Source: Kondoa subrosea (lineage: Eukaryota). From it: a stretch of 64,000 nucleotides of DNA. Location: NCBI GenBank assembly GCA_039545335.1, contig BCIN01000002.1:1377118-1441117 (forward strand). The letters run 5' to 3'. Position numbers and translations under genes: made by a program. Below, one piece after another: positions 26,862 to 43,453 of this stretch (its first letter is position 1; each line of letters opens with the position of its first letter). The notes under the pieces are model-generated. The model was given only the letters and a program-made list of their open reading frames with translations. It searched no databases and was not told the DNA's origin.

Positions 26862-28878
26862 CTAATGCAATTCGCCCCTAGCTTGTGCAGCAGCTACTTT
26901 AGACAACACCCTCACTTGATGTGCTACGTCCTTAAGCACGCCCAAAACTCTTCCATTCCCTTCGAGAAATCCATACGTAACGTAATCCAATCCTTTATCT
27001 TTGTGAGCTTCTGCGAACTCTTGAACGAGGACATTGAGTTTCCTTAGATTGTGTCGGGGAACTCTTGGGAAAAGATGATGCGATACTTGCATATGTAGAC
27101 CGCCATGAATGAAATCAAGGTAAGAAGGGCAAGAGACGTCCATCGTTGTACGGAGTTGTCGGTGAGCAAAAGATTCTGCTGGTCCTAGATCTTCGGTTGA
27201 TCTTGCGAAATGAGACAATACAATCTAAACATTGAAAAACGCCTTCAATTTGGGTTGAGTACATTCGCGACAGAACTTACTTGGACATGCACAGGTGATG
27301 TGACAATAAAGCAAACGAGCACATAACCAATTCTATGCCCCATTCCATCAATGTTGCGCAAGAGCAACGTGAACCACGTCCAAAAGAAAGTAATGCCGAC
27401 CAATTCAAGATTGCGGAAGAAGCCAGGTTTCGCCTTCTTGATCAAGAAAGCGTAAGAATTGACGAAAAGGTTCGGTCGTCCGAACATGAGAAGGAAGTAG
27501 TAGAGTTTATGTCTGCTCAAGCATTAGCCTTGCCTTGGTTAATCAAATGGACTCACTGAATAGGCAAAACAACACGTGCTAACCCATCAAAGGCTAGTGT
27601 GCGCTTGTAATACGTGCTGTAAATATTCTTGAGGAATCGAGTCGAGATAGCAAAGAAGGGCATATGTCTGTTTGGCGATCAACTTTTATACCCAACGATA
27701 CATCAAAATACTGACTGGATATCTGGATCGTGATCGGTATGATTCTGTCAATGACTATCAGCCGAATCAAATAGCTACCGAAACCATACTCACCGTGACA
27801 ACTGTGAATCGGGACAGTGTACATGAGTCATGGTCATACAAACATACTGCCAACCCACGATGATGTATGTTATGGTTCTACATCGCTATCAGCTCATACT
27901 AACTTAAGCTGCAGACGAAAAGGCTCACATCACACCACCATCCAACAGACAGACCACCCAGGAAATCTGCGATCATAATACCCAACACTCTATCCCAGAA
28001 ATAGTTGCCGATCACACCACAATGACCAGCATCGTGAGCTAGAAAGGTAAGTTGATGTTTGAAGAAGCCCAAGAAAACGGCTGATGCATATAAATGCCCT
28101 GCACCCATTTTTCAGCTGTTGAACGTATCTTAAGAGCGATAGACATACACGTAGAAGTCGCGTTGAAATAGAAGAGCATAGAGACCACGAAGAAAGAAAG
28201 ATAGCGAGCGATTTCCCACCGATAGCTGTGTAAAGGCGTATAATCGTACAGACCTTCAGCGATGACTCTATCATGTAGTTTCCTGTAGTCTTGAGAGATA
28301 GCGTGCTGTTCAGAAGGGACCAGAGGAGAAGGAGCTGGTTCAAGATCTTGAACAGTTATAGGCGGTAGCTCCACATTCTTTGAATCTGTAGCCGCAGTAC
28401 CATCCAAGAAGGCAAGACCATCTTTCCAACTCTCTACTTGTTCCCAGATGTTCTCATCTAGCAATTCCCAACCTTTGTCGAGTAATTGCACAGGCGGCAT
28501 AAGAGGTTTCCAGCCCTCGATTTGTGTATAAGTGCCTGTTTCCTCTTTCACTTGTCCAACAACGAACGCCCGCATTCGTTTGACTGTCGCTTCATTGTGA
28601 TAGGCCTCCAGTTCATCGACCGCATCTCGCCCGACGAAATGTAAAACAGCAAGTGAAGTGCCAGGGTGTTTCTGCATAGTGAAGTATGGTTAAGAGACCA
28701 GTTTAGACATGCCCAGCATAATTCAGCATACCTTAGCCCAGCTATTGAGCCTGTATATAGTCCTCCTATGCAAAACTAACAAATGTCCGCGCGTAATGAG
28801 AGTAGCAATCTCTTTCCTATCGAATGAGCGTAGTGATTGGGCCTCAGTTGAAGCTTTTGAGTTGATTGAAGTCGCCAT
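26862..28878 (-). CDS. Cytochrome b5-fused front-end desaturase, likely sphingolipid delta-8 desaturase
   Basis: N-terminal b5 domain (KHPGTSLAVLHFVGRDA..EAYH); His boxes HDAGH, HNIHH and QVSHHLFP; VHVQIVLSHF. Confidence 0.88.
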
Positions 28879-28938
28879 GACAGGCCGTTGATAAGGAACC
28901 GACACCTCTGGGAAATAATTCTAAACCTTGAACAGCCA

Positions 28939-31993
<3,055 letters not shown>

Positions 31994-32383
31994 ACCAGAT
32001 GTGAACATTGTTGCAGGGGTCTTTGCTGTAATCTGCAATGATATTTTCCTCGCTATACATCCATCTCAATACTCAAATCATCTCTGTGCTTTGTCATGGG
32101 TGAATTTGCTCGACACATCTTGTTCGATAATGGAGGCCATAACAAGTATCCGACTCTCTGATTGACGTGCAACAATGTATCGTTATACCAGCTCCGCAGC
32201 GTTATACCAGCTCACATTTGAGATATGTCATTGCGCACTTTCTGTGGTCAAGTTAGTGATTACGTAATCCAACTTCGCTTTGTTATGATTTCCGAAATTC
32301 GACTGTTGCTTCCCAACAGTTCCTTCAACTTTAACTTTCCTTGCATATCCACACTCACTTCAAACAGCACACACAGCATAGTC

Positions 32384-33190
32384 ATGGCGACCACTACCTT
32401 CCCTTCCTCTCACTCTGCAACAGCAGGTTCCGACAAGCTTTCTGCCCAAACAAAGGCTTCCAATCATCAGCATGTCACTGTTCGCCCAGTTCTATGGTCT
32501 CTGAGGTCTTAGGAACTGATGTAGCGTGTGTGTAGAAACGCCTCCAGAGCGAGCTGATGGAGATCATGATGAACCGTTCGTTGCATTCACCACAATTCAG
32601 GTTGAGCTAGAGTGTAGAGTAGCTCCTAATGGCGTATCGGCTTTTCCCTCTGATGATGCCGCAATGACAATGTGGACTGGTCATATAACAGGAGTAGAGG
32701 GTACAGTTTACGAAGGTTCGCTATTTATCTTCCTGAAGATGTTGTCAAGCTAATATGGAAGACGAAGGACTCAAGTACAAGATGTCTATCGAATTCGGTC
32801 CTTCTTATCCTTTCAACCCACCAGTAGTCAAATTCACTTCGGTTCTCTATCACCCAAACATTTCACTTCAGGGTCAGTCAACCTCTTTTGATGAGAGAAG
32901 AAGAAAGACTGATCATATATGTGTGTAAACAGGCGACGTTTGTCTTGATATTCTACAAAAGATGTGGTCACCCGCCATCAGCGTTTCCAACCTTCTTCTC
33001 TCTTTACAGTCTTTGCTCAACGAACCAAACAATGAAGTCTGTTCCATTCCTTTTCTCTGACTCATTGTATGCTGATAAAAATTGACAGTCACCTTTGAAT
33101 GTGGAAGCTGCTGAGATTTGGGATGATCAAGTCGCATTCAAGAAGAAAGTAATGGCGCATTACGTTGAACCAGTGGACGATGAGTGGTAG
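32384..33190 (+). CDS. Ubiquitin-conjugating enzyme E2, UBE2C/Ubc11-like
   Basis: [73 protein letters not shown]. Confidence 0.92.
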
Positions 33191-33769
33191 AGTCTCTGTG
33201 TACGAAAGGTGTATGCGTGCATGTAAGACATCGTGCAACAAGACTTCCATAATGCCATTGTTATTGTAGCCTCTTTTGCATTATAGCATCTTTATTTGGT
33301 TCCTTCGCTCTCTTACTTTTCTTGCGGTTTGACATCCTTCCTTCTCCTCTCCCCTCTTTCCTCTTCTTCCTCTTCTTCTTCTCTTCCTCTTCTTGACCCA
33401 AGACACTGTTAAGTAACTTAACTTTAAGCTAACTGCCAAACCAATTTTGACTCGGCCTTTCCAAGAGACCATCCTCAAGAACAGTTCTCAAGGTAAATTG
33501 AGGCCATGCTACTGCACGAGATTGCATATACCCAAAACAGAGCGAGGAAAAGGAGAGGAATGAAAATCGAATCAAAATCTGGCAAAGGCATCAAGCGATA
33601 GGATAGAGTCGCAAGAGTCAGGATGCAGCAAGAGTTCGGGAGGCATGCTCATCATATACCTTTATACCCTCGCAAGGCTCCGATACCTGTTGCTCGTCTC
33701 ATTTAAAAATCTCGAATTATCAAAACTTGTTGGATCAGAACGCTGATTGTTCTCTGCTGCGCTTCACAG

Positions 33770-34444
33770 ATGGTCAAGTATGTCTCATTGTTCCCTGTAT
33801 TCGTGTGATGTGCATGCTGACCTTTGGACTGCAGCATTCCTAAGACCCGAAGGACTTACTGCCCAGGAAAAGCTTGCAAGAAGCACACGTTTGTCACGCT
33901 CCTGACTTAGCTCGAAACTGTAGCTGAAGGTCTGCCTCATGGCAAACAGTCCTCACAAAGTTACTCAATACAAGGCTGGTAAAGCTTCAAGTGTAGCCCA
34001 GGGAAAGAGGCGTTATGACCGTACGTTGCTGAGGGTTTTACAGCTGAATACAAGCTAAAGCCAGATACCGATGTACAGGAAAACAAAGCGGTTACGGTGG
34101 ACAGACCAAGCCTGTTTTCCACAAAAGTTCGTCATTCTGCAAATCACTAATATGGACTAGTGTTGAATTTGTGGGTGTTTGAACAGAGGCAAAGACTACC
34201 AAGAAGGTCGTACTGAGATTGGAATGCACTTCATGCAAGTACAAGTCGCAGGTGAGATTAACTCGAAGATTGATCAACATGGGTTTGATACTTGCTGGGT
34301 TTTGCTCACAGATGTGCATCAAGCGATGCAAGCACTTCGAGCTGGGTGGTGACAAGAAGACAAAGGGAGCTGTGAGTAGTGGAGCTCCAGCCGTAACATA
34401 CGTGACTTACTGTCGCTTCCCATTCACAGGCTCTTGTCTTCTAG
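33770..34444 (+). CDS. RPL42: 60S ribosomal protein eL42 (L44/L36a), 7 exons
   Basis: Spliced [106 protein letters not shown]. Confidence 0.96.
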
Positions 34445-35307
34445 AGTTACTACTTGGGATTGGACGTGTATTGTGGTATCTGCATCTTTCAACAATCAAG
34501 TCATTTGCAATACAGATTCAAGCATGTTTTCGATTTTTACCTGGTTCCAAATCTGTACTTGGTCGATTGCGCTCTCTCACTATCATCTTATCTTCAGTCT
34601 GAAGTAGCGCCGAGCGGGTGTCCAAGCATCTTCTTTGTTTAACAACATTGCTCTTGCCGGAAAATTGTCTCCTTCTGCGTTGAGATTATTCTGCATGCAT
34701 CCGCATCTCTGCAGATTCATCTTTGGCCGAGCTGATGTGGCATAAAACTTCTCCTCGCCTGATTTCTCCTCCCCTTATTGTCCTTCTACTCTTCCTCTCA
34801 TCTTTGTTTTGGGATGTACTTCTCGAAGAAGGAGCTGTCTAGGATGAATCAAATGCATACAAGAAGAGCACTGTGCAGTCAAGGCTCAGCTGCTGCCTGG
34901 AACGGAGCACGTCAGGTCACATTGATTCAACACTTGCTAGCTATAATTACCAGATCCTCAGGTACATTAGACATCATAGAGAAGCACGATGGATGTCCGG
35001 AAAAATTATTTCTGGCATGTTGCAGCAATAGCATTCCTTTGTAGAAATGGCAGCTGATAATAAGTCGCTACATCGCAAAGTTAGATTTTCGATTCGTTCG
35101 CTGGACCCGACTCGGAAGCGATGAGATCTATTAATGCGAAACAGATGATCTGGCTCTGGCACTCAAATGGATCCGCATGATACCTTGCAGCGACGTCAGC
35201 CAAGCTGAGGCCCACTCAGGCGATCCTTGACTCTGAGCGGGAGTGATTTGAATGTGCAGAGACTTTCCTTTTCTTACGCTGGTCTTCTGCAAGCAAGCAC
35301 CTACAAC

Positions 35308-35743
35308 ATGAGGAGCATCATCTTTACACTCGTTCTGGCCTCGCTGTTAGCCATGGTTCAGGCAAACTTCTGCTCGCAGGGAGTGAATATCTGTACGCGA
35401 GATTTCGGCTCTTCAGTCATGCACCGAATATTGATGGTCTTCAAGGCGGAAGTGGATCCATCAGCTGCTCGTCATACTGCACAGTCAGACAAAATGGCAA
35501 AACCAGTTACTTCTGTCGTAAGTTTGCATTTTCAAGTTTCTTCACATGTCACTCATGTCGTCTATAGCTACCAACAATGGATGTAATTCTTCTGGACCTT
35601 GCAAGACTGTCGACGATGGCTTCTCAAGCCCGCCACGCTGTTCATCTTTCGGAGGAGGAGGAGGAGGAGGAGGAGGATCAAGCACTGGATCCAACCCAAA
35701 ACCTACTCGACCTCAAAGATGCTTCTGGGGTTTCTGCTTCTAA
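35308..35743 (+). CDS. Small secreted cysteine-rich protein (110 aa, 10 Cys)
   Basis: Introns 35393-35445 and 35518-35567 give an open frame with signal peptide MRSIIFTLVLASLLAMVQA, an 8-Cys core, a (GGA)9 poly-Gly linker at 35651-35677, and RCFWGFCF*. Confidence 0.8.
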
Positions 35744-36219
35744 TCCATGCGAGGCGTCCTGTAGTCAAGTGAGCGACTGTCATCAATCGTGGGAAAATTG
35801 CTGAATCTTGCTTTGTGTAGAATGTCTCAAATACTGAAGAACTGTATATCACTGTGCATCGTACTTCCCTCGTGATCTGTCTCCTCTCGTTACCTCCCTC
35901 TCAATACCGAATAGTCCGTCTTCGGTCTTGTCATGTTCCCGCTCTGTATGCCGTTCTGGTCTGTGCCTCGATAGAAATAGTCAAACTGCGCATACTGCGA
36001 TGTACATTTCGCTCGGCAAGAGGATTGACCTGCATTCGCGATCACTTTTGAGGAAATGCTTCTATTAATACTTTGCGGAGGGCCCACAAAATCATCTGCT
36101 ACTCTAATTCAAACTAGCGCGCAAAGGTCAGAATTTTTTTTCCCCTTTCCCCTCTTTCTCTCCTTTCCCTCGTTGTCCGACTTCTCTCTTTCTGCATTAC
36201 TACACCCTTTCTCCCAAAC

Positions 36220-38487
36220 ATGCAGGACATCGAGAAGCGAGCGACTACCCAGAGTGATTCGGTTAGCGAGAAGACTGCAGCGGGAAGTGATGGTGTAACC
36301 TTTGCGGAAGAGCGCAAGCGGGATGAAAGGAAGCTCGTCCGAAAGTTGGATGTAGTCATTCTACCTTTGACAGCTTTGCTTTACTTGTCTGCATATTTGG
36401 TATGTTGCGATGACTTTCTGGGCGGGAATACGCTCATATTGGATATCAGGATCGTGGTAACCTCGTGCGTTTTCGTATTCGTTTTGCCTAGATAACCGCT
36501 CAACTGGAGTATCGTCAGGGAAATGCTGTGAGTCTCCAAAGAATGAGCAAGGGACCTGTAGCTCACACAGGATGTAGAGACTGCAAGGTCTCAACGATAT
36601 TTTGGGGACGGATGAAAACTATGAGATAGTGCTAACCGTGAGTCAGATAATCAGCGTTACATACTAATTCATTGATGCCATGTCCGCAGATGTTCTACGT
36701 CACCTACATCTCCTTTTCCATTCCTGGCACCCTGCTTGCGAAGCAATACAGACCTGATTATGTACGTTCGAAATCTTTCGTCGCTTGCCCATTAATTGAT
36801 GACGGTCAAGATTATCGCTGCCGGAGCTATGTTATGGAGCATTGGGGCCAGCTGCATGGCTGCTTCAAATAGCTTTGCAGGGATCGTGGTCTGTCGTTTA
36901 CTCATCGGTCTTGGTGAAGCACTCTTCGGTCAGGTCACAAGGTCATTCAAGTGCGGGGCGTTATCGCATATCTGACTGAGCGCAGTTTCTACTATTCTGT
37001 GTGGTACACGAAGCATGAATTGAGTAAACGTTTGGCAGCCTTCATAGGAATGGGCGTTGTGGCAGGAGCGTTTTCTGGTTAGTCTGGTTGATATGCTCAG
37101 CACATGATCGCATAAAATGCTCCGGACAGGTCTCATCGCTTTTGGAGTTGCTCATATCGATTCTTCAATCGATCACTGGCGGATTCTGTATTTACATTTC
37201 CTCGCTTCAAGATGGCGTCTGATCCTTTCGAACAGTTTTATGATTGAAGGTCTACCGTCGGTCTTACTGTCCATTGCAGTGTTCTTCTTTTTGCCATCTC
37301 GACCAAAGACTTCTCGCTATTTAACGGAAGATGAACGAACTCTCGCGCATACCCGTATGAATGCTCAATCTAACGAAAGAGAGACTGGTATCGACTGGCG
37401 CGCTGTCGTAGGTCCGTCTAAGCACAACAGTCAAGTTTACTGACGCTCTTCTCCAGCGATATGCATTCAAGCAACCTACCACCTACATAGTGGCACTTAT
37501 GTACAGCTGTGTAAGTTAAGACTGCGGGTGATTAAAGCAAAGGCTAAGTCGTTGTATGCTCAGACGAATCTGAATTTGGGATCAGTCAATGGATTTCTTC
37601 CAACCAGTAAGCTTTCTCGCATCATGGATCGGGCTTGATCTGACAAGCAGTATAGTAATCAAGACGCTAGGCTACAGCAACGCAGATGCTCAACTATTCT
37701 CTGTTCCAGTACGTACTGATTTAAAACTCTTTCCAGTGCTGATTTGGATGATTAGCCTTACGCTGTTACCCTTGTCGTAAGTGCTCGTCCCTCACGAAGG
37801 GTCTGGAGACTGATTTTGAACCAGGTCATGTACGGTCTGAACTACATCAGCGACAAAACGCAAAGAAGAGGTCCATATCTTATACTCGCTTTCGGTATCG
37901 GCTTAGTCGGCTGGGCTATCCTCCTTGGCGTGGCACACAATCTTCATGCACGTTATTTCGCAGTGTTCTGTATCGTAATTGTGAGGGAGAGCGACGCGCT
38001 TTCCAACATCACATACTGATGAGCTGCAATTAGTCTGGATACACTGTCATCCCCATCACTATGGCTTGGCAAAGTGCCAATTCTCCTTCTGAATCACAAC
38101 GAGCAGTGCGACTCGGGATGTTGAACACCATGTCTGTCTGCCTTTCATCTTACCTATTCCTGAACTGATCTGTCGTAAAAGTGGACAAGCTCTTGGTATT
38201 CTCGCCTCTTTTAGCTTCCCTAAGGCAGAAGGGCCCCGCTATATCAAGGGTGTCAGTATCAACCTCGGGTTTTCGATTTTGGGCATGATCATTGCGACCT
38301 GCATGTGTCTTTACTATAAGCGTGAGAATGCTCGGAGAGATGCTGCCGAAGGAGGACGGCCTGCTCCTGGTTCTAAGATTGATTGCACGGAGCATTTCGA
38401 CAGTTCTGCTGGATGTAAGTTCGAGCGCAACATATCTCGTATTCATGCCATGCTCAATCCTTTCCATCAGTCCGGTACACTATCTAG
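36220..38487 (+). CDS. MFS transporter, anion:cation symporter (Tna1/Dal5-like) family
   Basis: RKLDVVILP..YL|DRGNL|GNA|RLQGL; CRLLIGLGEA; WYTKHELSKR; WRILFMIEGLP; SDKTQRRGP; YYKRENARRD; FRYTI*. Confidence 0.9.
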
Positions 38488-38765
38488 ATTTATGACTGCG
38501 GAAACGGTATAGCATGCTGTTGAACACAGATTCATGCATAGTCGATGTTGAACACATAATTCAGGCCTTGTCAGAGGTTTTCAAATTCAGGGTTCTTGTT
38601 TTCAAGTTTCGGGTTCTTGTTAAGTCACGAAATGCACATATGCTACAATATCACAACACTTTGTATACTTTCTGCAGCCCCAGACCATCAAGCCATACCA
38701 TTGCTCCATCAAGCAGCTGTTCAATACAAGCCCAAATGTCTGCCCATTGGCGTTAGCGCTGCTCG

Positions 38766-40191
38766 TCAGAGCACACTCGTCACATACTTTGACACAAGAC
38801 AAGCCGACACCAAAGCTCTCGTTGGCTCAACGCAGCGAATGCCTTTGAGCACGCACTGAGCTCTCAACCGTTCCAAAGTAACAGGTGCTTTGAGGTCTGC
38901 CATGCCAGCTTGAGAAGTATGAATGATCAATTGTTTGAGGTTCGGTACCAGTCCTTCATTGATTCTGCGAATCAAATCTTCTGCGTAAGTGGTTTCGAAA
39001 GAAAAAGAAAACTGCTCGATGGATTCCCAAACGGGTAAGAAAGTTACTGGTTGACGAGGATGAATGAAAGAAAGACATCGTAGAGTTTTGATCTGATCGG
39101 GAAGGTATTCGTTCTTGACTGTCAGGGTGCGACAATTGAGAATGTTGAGTGTATCGATGTTAGGTGGTAGATCTTTCATGTCCAGACTGGCGTTGCCTCG
39201 TGCGAACAGACCCAAGGTGAGTGACCGAAGAGAAGGGAACTGCTTCATGAGAAGACTGAATTCCGCTGATTCGCAGCAGTCTCGAGCCGACAAGACCAGG
39301 CTAGTAAGCGTTTCTGGGAATCTTAGGTTGGCTGGATCATCGCCTAAAGTTCCAGGGACCATATCAGGCTAAACAGAAGACTCAGCACATAGCAAAACAT
39401 GTAAAGCTTGCACGCTTGCATCGTATAGCTCTAAGCTCTCGACTCTTGTCCCGCTCAATACCCAGGATACTGCTTCCATATTGAGTGAAGATCCATTTAC
39501 AGCCGTATAAATTCTGGTCTGATGTATATTAGAAACCGTAAGAGATCGCAGTTGTTCCAAACCAGCCAAAGGAGCTTCAGATGAGTATCTGAAAATCGCC
39601 GAAACGACTGTTGACGATAAGAAGAGTGCTCTGAGATTGGTGAGTGAGAGCAAATTGATTGAAGTGGAAGCAAAGACATCGAAATCGGCAGAAGAAGACA
39701 ATGAAGATCTTCGCCGAGAGGACACTCGCAGACTGCCCAGAGCGAGAAGCGATTTCTTTTTCCCTGCTAGATTCGTCCAACCTAAAGCCTTCACATTGTA
39801 CACATCTCTTCCCTCCAGTCGTGACAGCTCCGGTACTGTTCTAATCAATATGACACTTGCAGCACTCTGCCACGACCGACAAACTAAAGCCGCTGAAGCT
39901 AGATCTGACTTCTTGAACAGCTTTGGAGACCAGAAAGGTTGACCATCGAGCAAAGAAGTCAAAGCCAAAGGCTGAGAATCGCTGATCTGCTCCAAAGCAT
40001 AATCCAATTGTATGTGATCGGCCAGCTTCTCGAAGATTTCAAGCAGAACTATAATCATTGATCAGCTCTGCGTTATCGTATAAGCGGCGCTGCCTACTTT
40101 CATAGGGCAAATCCGACGCATCCCTGTTCTCGAGCGAGATGATCGAGTTCTTGCTCGACCGTGACTGCCTTCTTCTCCTGTAGGCCTGCAT
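38766..40191 (-). CDS. F-box/LRR-like protein
   Basis: Spliced DASDLPYE|ILLEIFEKL...LASAALVCRSWQSAA F-box, then LRR-like LTNLRALFL, LRSLTV, LTSLVL, LRSLTL, LKQLII; 3' end uncertain. Confidence 0.72.
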
Positions 40192-41049
40192 TCGGGAGCA
40201 CTATGGACACCAGGAGAAGAAGATCGTGGCAGGCAGAAGACCCCAATTCCCGCATCTTTACAAAAAAAAATCTATATAAAGCCATCGCTTGTTCGAAGTC
40301 TGCTGGCCTGCTATACCCTCATATCGCATGCTGCCTCCTTCTGTCGCCTTTCCAGAATGGTTTCTTTGTTTTGCGAGCCTGTCCCGCACAGATCCAATGA
40401 CTGACGCAGCGCGTCTTCCTCGTCCTGCTATGTCACTCCTTCCTTCTTTGCGTACTGGATGGTGTGCTTGATACCCAGTATCTGCGTGAGCTAAGCTTCT
40501 AGGACCTTGTGCCGCGCCTTCCGTATCTATGTCACTAGCATACAATATGCCTGTCAATCGACAGTACAGCTCCCGATAGCAGCCCTAGAGTCTCTTGCTT
40601 CACCCAGCGGTCTCAGAGCTTGAATAAATTTGTCGCGCGCAATCCTAGATATCTTCAGATTCGTTGGCCCTCGAATCAGATTGCCCTTCGGTGTACGAGA
40701 CTGATACAGCTGAGGTGTGCGGCATTCGCTTCGATCACAGTCTTGATTTGACCAATTGTACCACAGCTCTTCAGCGCCAATGGCTGTAGTCCTCAAAGCG
40801 CTACACATCTTCGGTACTCGATACGCGTATCTGGCCTTTCGCGCAAGTCCAATAGCCAATCTGTACAAAGCAGTGTTGAATGCACCTGTATACGTTCACT
40901 CCTGGTTGTCGACTCGCCGCGACCATACGATAATTACGTAAAGTGTCTCTGAAGCATGTGCAAAGGATATGTTTACCGCTCGAAATCTCTTACTCCGCTC
41001 ATTGCACTTCGGGCCCCTTTTGATCTTTCCCTTTCCACTCACTACCATC

Positions 41050-42224
41050 ATGTCCGCTGTCGTATTGAACCCGCTCCTCACTGGTCCTCAGGCTGCCTTG
41101 GGTCTCTTTCATGCCTATGGAGCTGAAGCTATCAAACGCTATCCAATTCTAGCAAACGTGCCCATTTCCAAGATCCTTCACTGGTTGCTCGCTCTTGGAC
41201 TGCTACGATCTGCGAATAGATGGTTGAACAGGCTAGCTAGTGAATTTGTGTCGTTTTCAGTTGAGATAGAGATTCTGACTGCTTTTGCAGGCAATCACTG
41301 GATGTCCAAAGCTGATAAGGATAAGTGGAATTGGCCAAACGAAGTAGCTGTAGTCACTGGAGGTTCAAACGGAATTGGACTATTGATCGTTCAGGGACTG
41401 GTCAAACGGGGAGTGAAGGTTGCTATCCTTGATGTTGCTCCTTTGAGCGATGCAGTCAAGTCTGGTGAGTTCACTACATATTACCGCCAGTTCTTCTTGA
41501 TAACATGTCTTGTCATAGATCTAATCTATTACCACAAATGCGATGTCACGGATGCCAATGCTATTAAAGAAGCTGCTGAAGCTGTTCGATCTCGATTCGG
41601 CGAACCATCCATACTTGTCAACAATGCTGGTATTGGACATGCTAGCCCTATTCTTGACATTGGTGAGAAGAAGCTGCAAAAGAGTAAGCTTCAATGTACC
41701 GACTTCACTTGGAGGTCTGGCTCATTAGTCCAATAGTCTTCGGCGTCAATCTCTTCTCTCATTTCTATGCTTGTTCCGAGTTCGTTCCAGCTATGGTCAA
41801 GAAGAACAAGGGTCACATTGTTGGAATTGCTTCTATGGCATCATTCTATACCTTTTCCTCTACTACCGATTACGCTTGCACCAAAGCTGGAGTTTTAGCA
41901 TTCCACGAAGGTCTTTCGCAAGAACTCAAACATCGTTACAAAGCACCAAATGTTCATTCAACTGTCGTTCACCCAAGTTGGACTAGAACAGCTATTGTTG
42001 GGGATCACTTTGATGAGCAACGATTGGGGAAACTCATGGAACCCGAATACATCGCTAATGCGGTTTTGAAACAAATCTTTGATGCAAGAGGTGCTCAGCT
42101 TGTTTTGCCTCCAAAGTTGAAATTCATTTCAATGATGCGATCTTATCCAAACTGGGTGCAAGAAGTTTTGCGAGATGGAATGGGGAAAATTGGACGTGAT
42201 GCAGTGGAAATAGCAGGGTCGTAG
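41050..42224 (+). CDS. SDR, retinol dehydrogenase/17beta-HSD XI-like with hydrophobic N-terminus
   Basis: NEVAVVTGGSNGIG, CDVTD, LVNNAGI, GHIVGIASMAS, YACTKAGVLAFHEGLSQEL. Confidence 0.9.
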
Positions 42225-42388
42225 GTCAAAATATGGCAGACCAAGTAAAGGGAAGAAAAGGGGCAATATAATGTAAACAAGATCAAACAAAAAAGCAGCG
42301 CGACTTGTCATTCGCATTTGAAATCCGGACCACTACCACGCTTTACATCAAGTTGAATCATAAGCTATTTGACATTGTTGTCGACCGC

Positions 42389-43453
42389 TCAAAGGTGCCT
42401 TTGCAAGAACTCGATGCTCTTTGCGAAAGCCTCCTCTCTCTTCTTCTTGAGTTCAGGGTTCTTCTCATAGTCGCCTGTTAAGAAACATTAGTCAGTTTAG
42501 TCGACTAGAATTGAAGAATCGGTTACCTCGAACCATAAATCCCTGTTGCACCGGTTGTTAGCAAAGTAGGACCAAAAAGCCGACAATGTACGTACATGAT
42601 GAGCATCATCATAGTGGATTTGTTCAAAGCCGGCTTTATGAACAGGCATGACTTTTTCGATGATTGCTCGTTCTGGTATGACAGTCAGCGAGAAAGCTTC
42701 GACCCGCATAGATCAGCACTCACGCTCATCGCCAATCATCGGATCAGGGGTGTTTGTTACCCAGAAGACGGCAGCATCTGATTTCGCGAGCTCCTCTACG
42801 TCCGAAGGGAACTGAAGCAGAGAAGCATGGTAAAGGCAGATAGCTTGAACCTTATTCTCTTGAGCTAAATTGACTGCGTATTTACCGCCAAAGCAGAAAC
42901 CGAGAGCAGCAATCTTGCTGTATTTGCCCCGTAAATGGTCAAGAACTGGATCGATTGCTTTGCGTGTAACTTCTGGACCGTGTGACTTGAGCCACTCTGG
43001 GAAGTTGACTTTACCAGACTCCATGGCTTCTGCGTTGATAGCATCGCCATTGAACAGCTCGGGCACAAAGGTCTAGAACCGGAAGAAATCATCAGAAAAC
43101 TATCTAATCGAACCAAATAAGACACACTGACAGCGTAGCCGTTCTTGGCGAAATCGTCAGCTATAAGCTTGTTGTTCTCAATACCAAGTCCCTACATGGC
43201 TAAAATTAGGATTACTTCGAGATATCAGAGTGTCGAGCTCACGAATACATCAGTCAATAAGAGGATGCACTGCGACTTGACTTCTGTGTCTTCTGAGGGA
43301 AGAGCGACATAGGTTTCTCTGCCACTGATTTGCTCGATTTTCCCAGCTGGAGTGCCGGATGTTCTGACCTAGACAGCCTGAAATCAGCATACGCCATCAA
43401 TTCTGGTATGTTGAACCACAAACTCCTGAGATGCAACCCTTGCAAAGTGACAT
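42389..43453 (-). CDS. Dienelactone hydrolase family alpha/beta hydrolase
   Basis: MSLCKGCISG..GTPAGK..LTDVFGL..NNKLIADDFA; nucleophile GFCFGG; His in HGF near the C-terminus. Confidence 0.88.

Noticed and set aside
32181..32213. 14-bp direct repeat cgttataccagctc
   Set aside because: Only two copies with a 5-bp spacer; local slippage, not a CRISPR array or element terminus.
38577..38621. 21-bp imperfect tandem repeat
   Set aside because: Two degenerate copies in 3' intergenic DNA with no functional evidence.
40258..40868. Two ~100-aa minus-strand ORFs
   Set aside because: No recognisable motif or coherent splice model; probably intergenic/promoter DNA.
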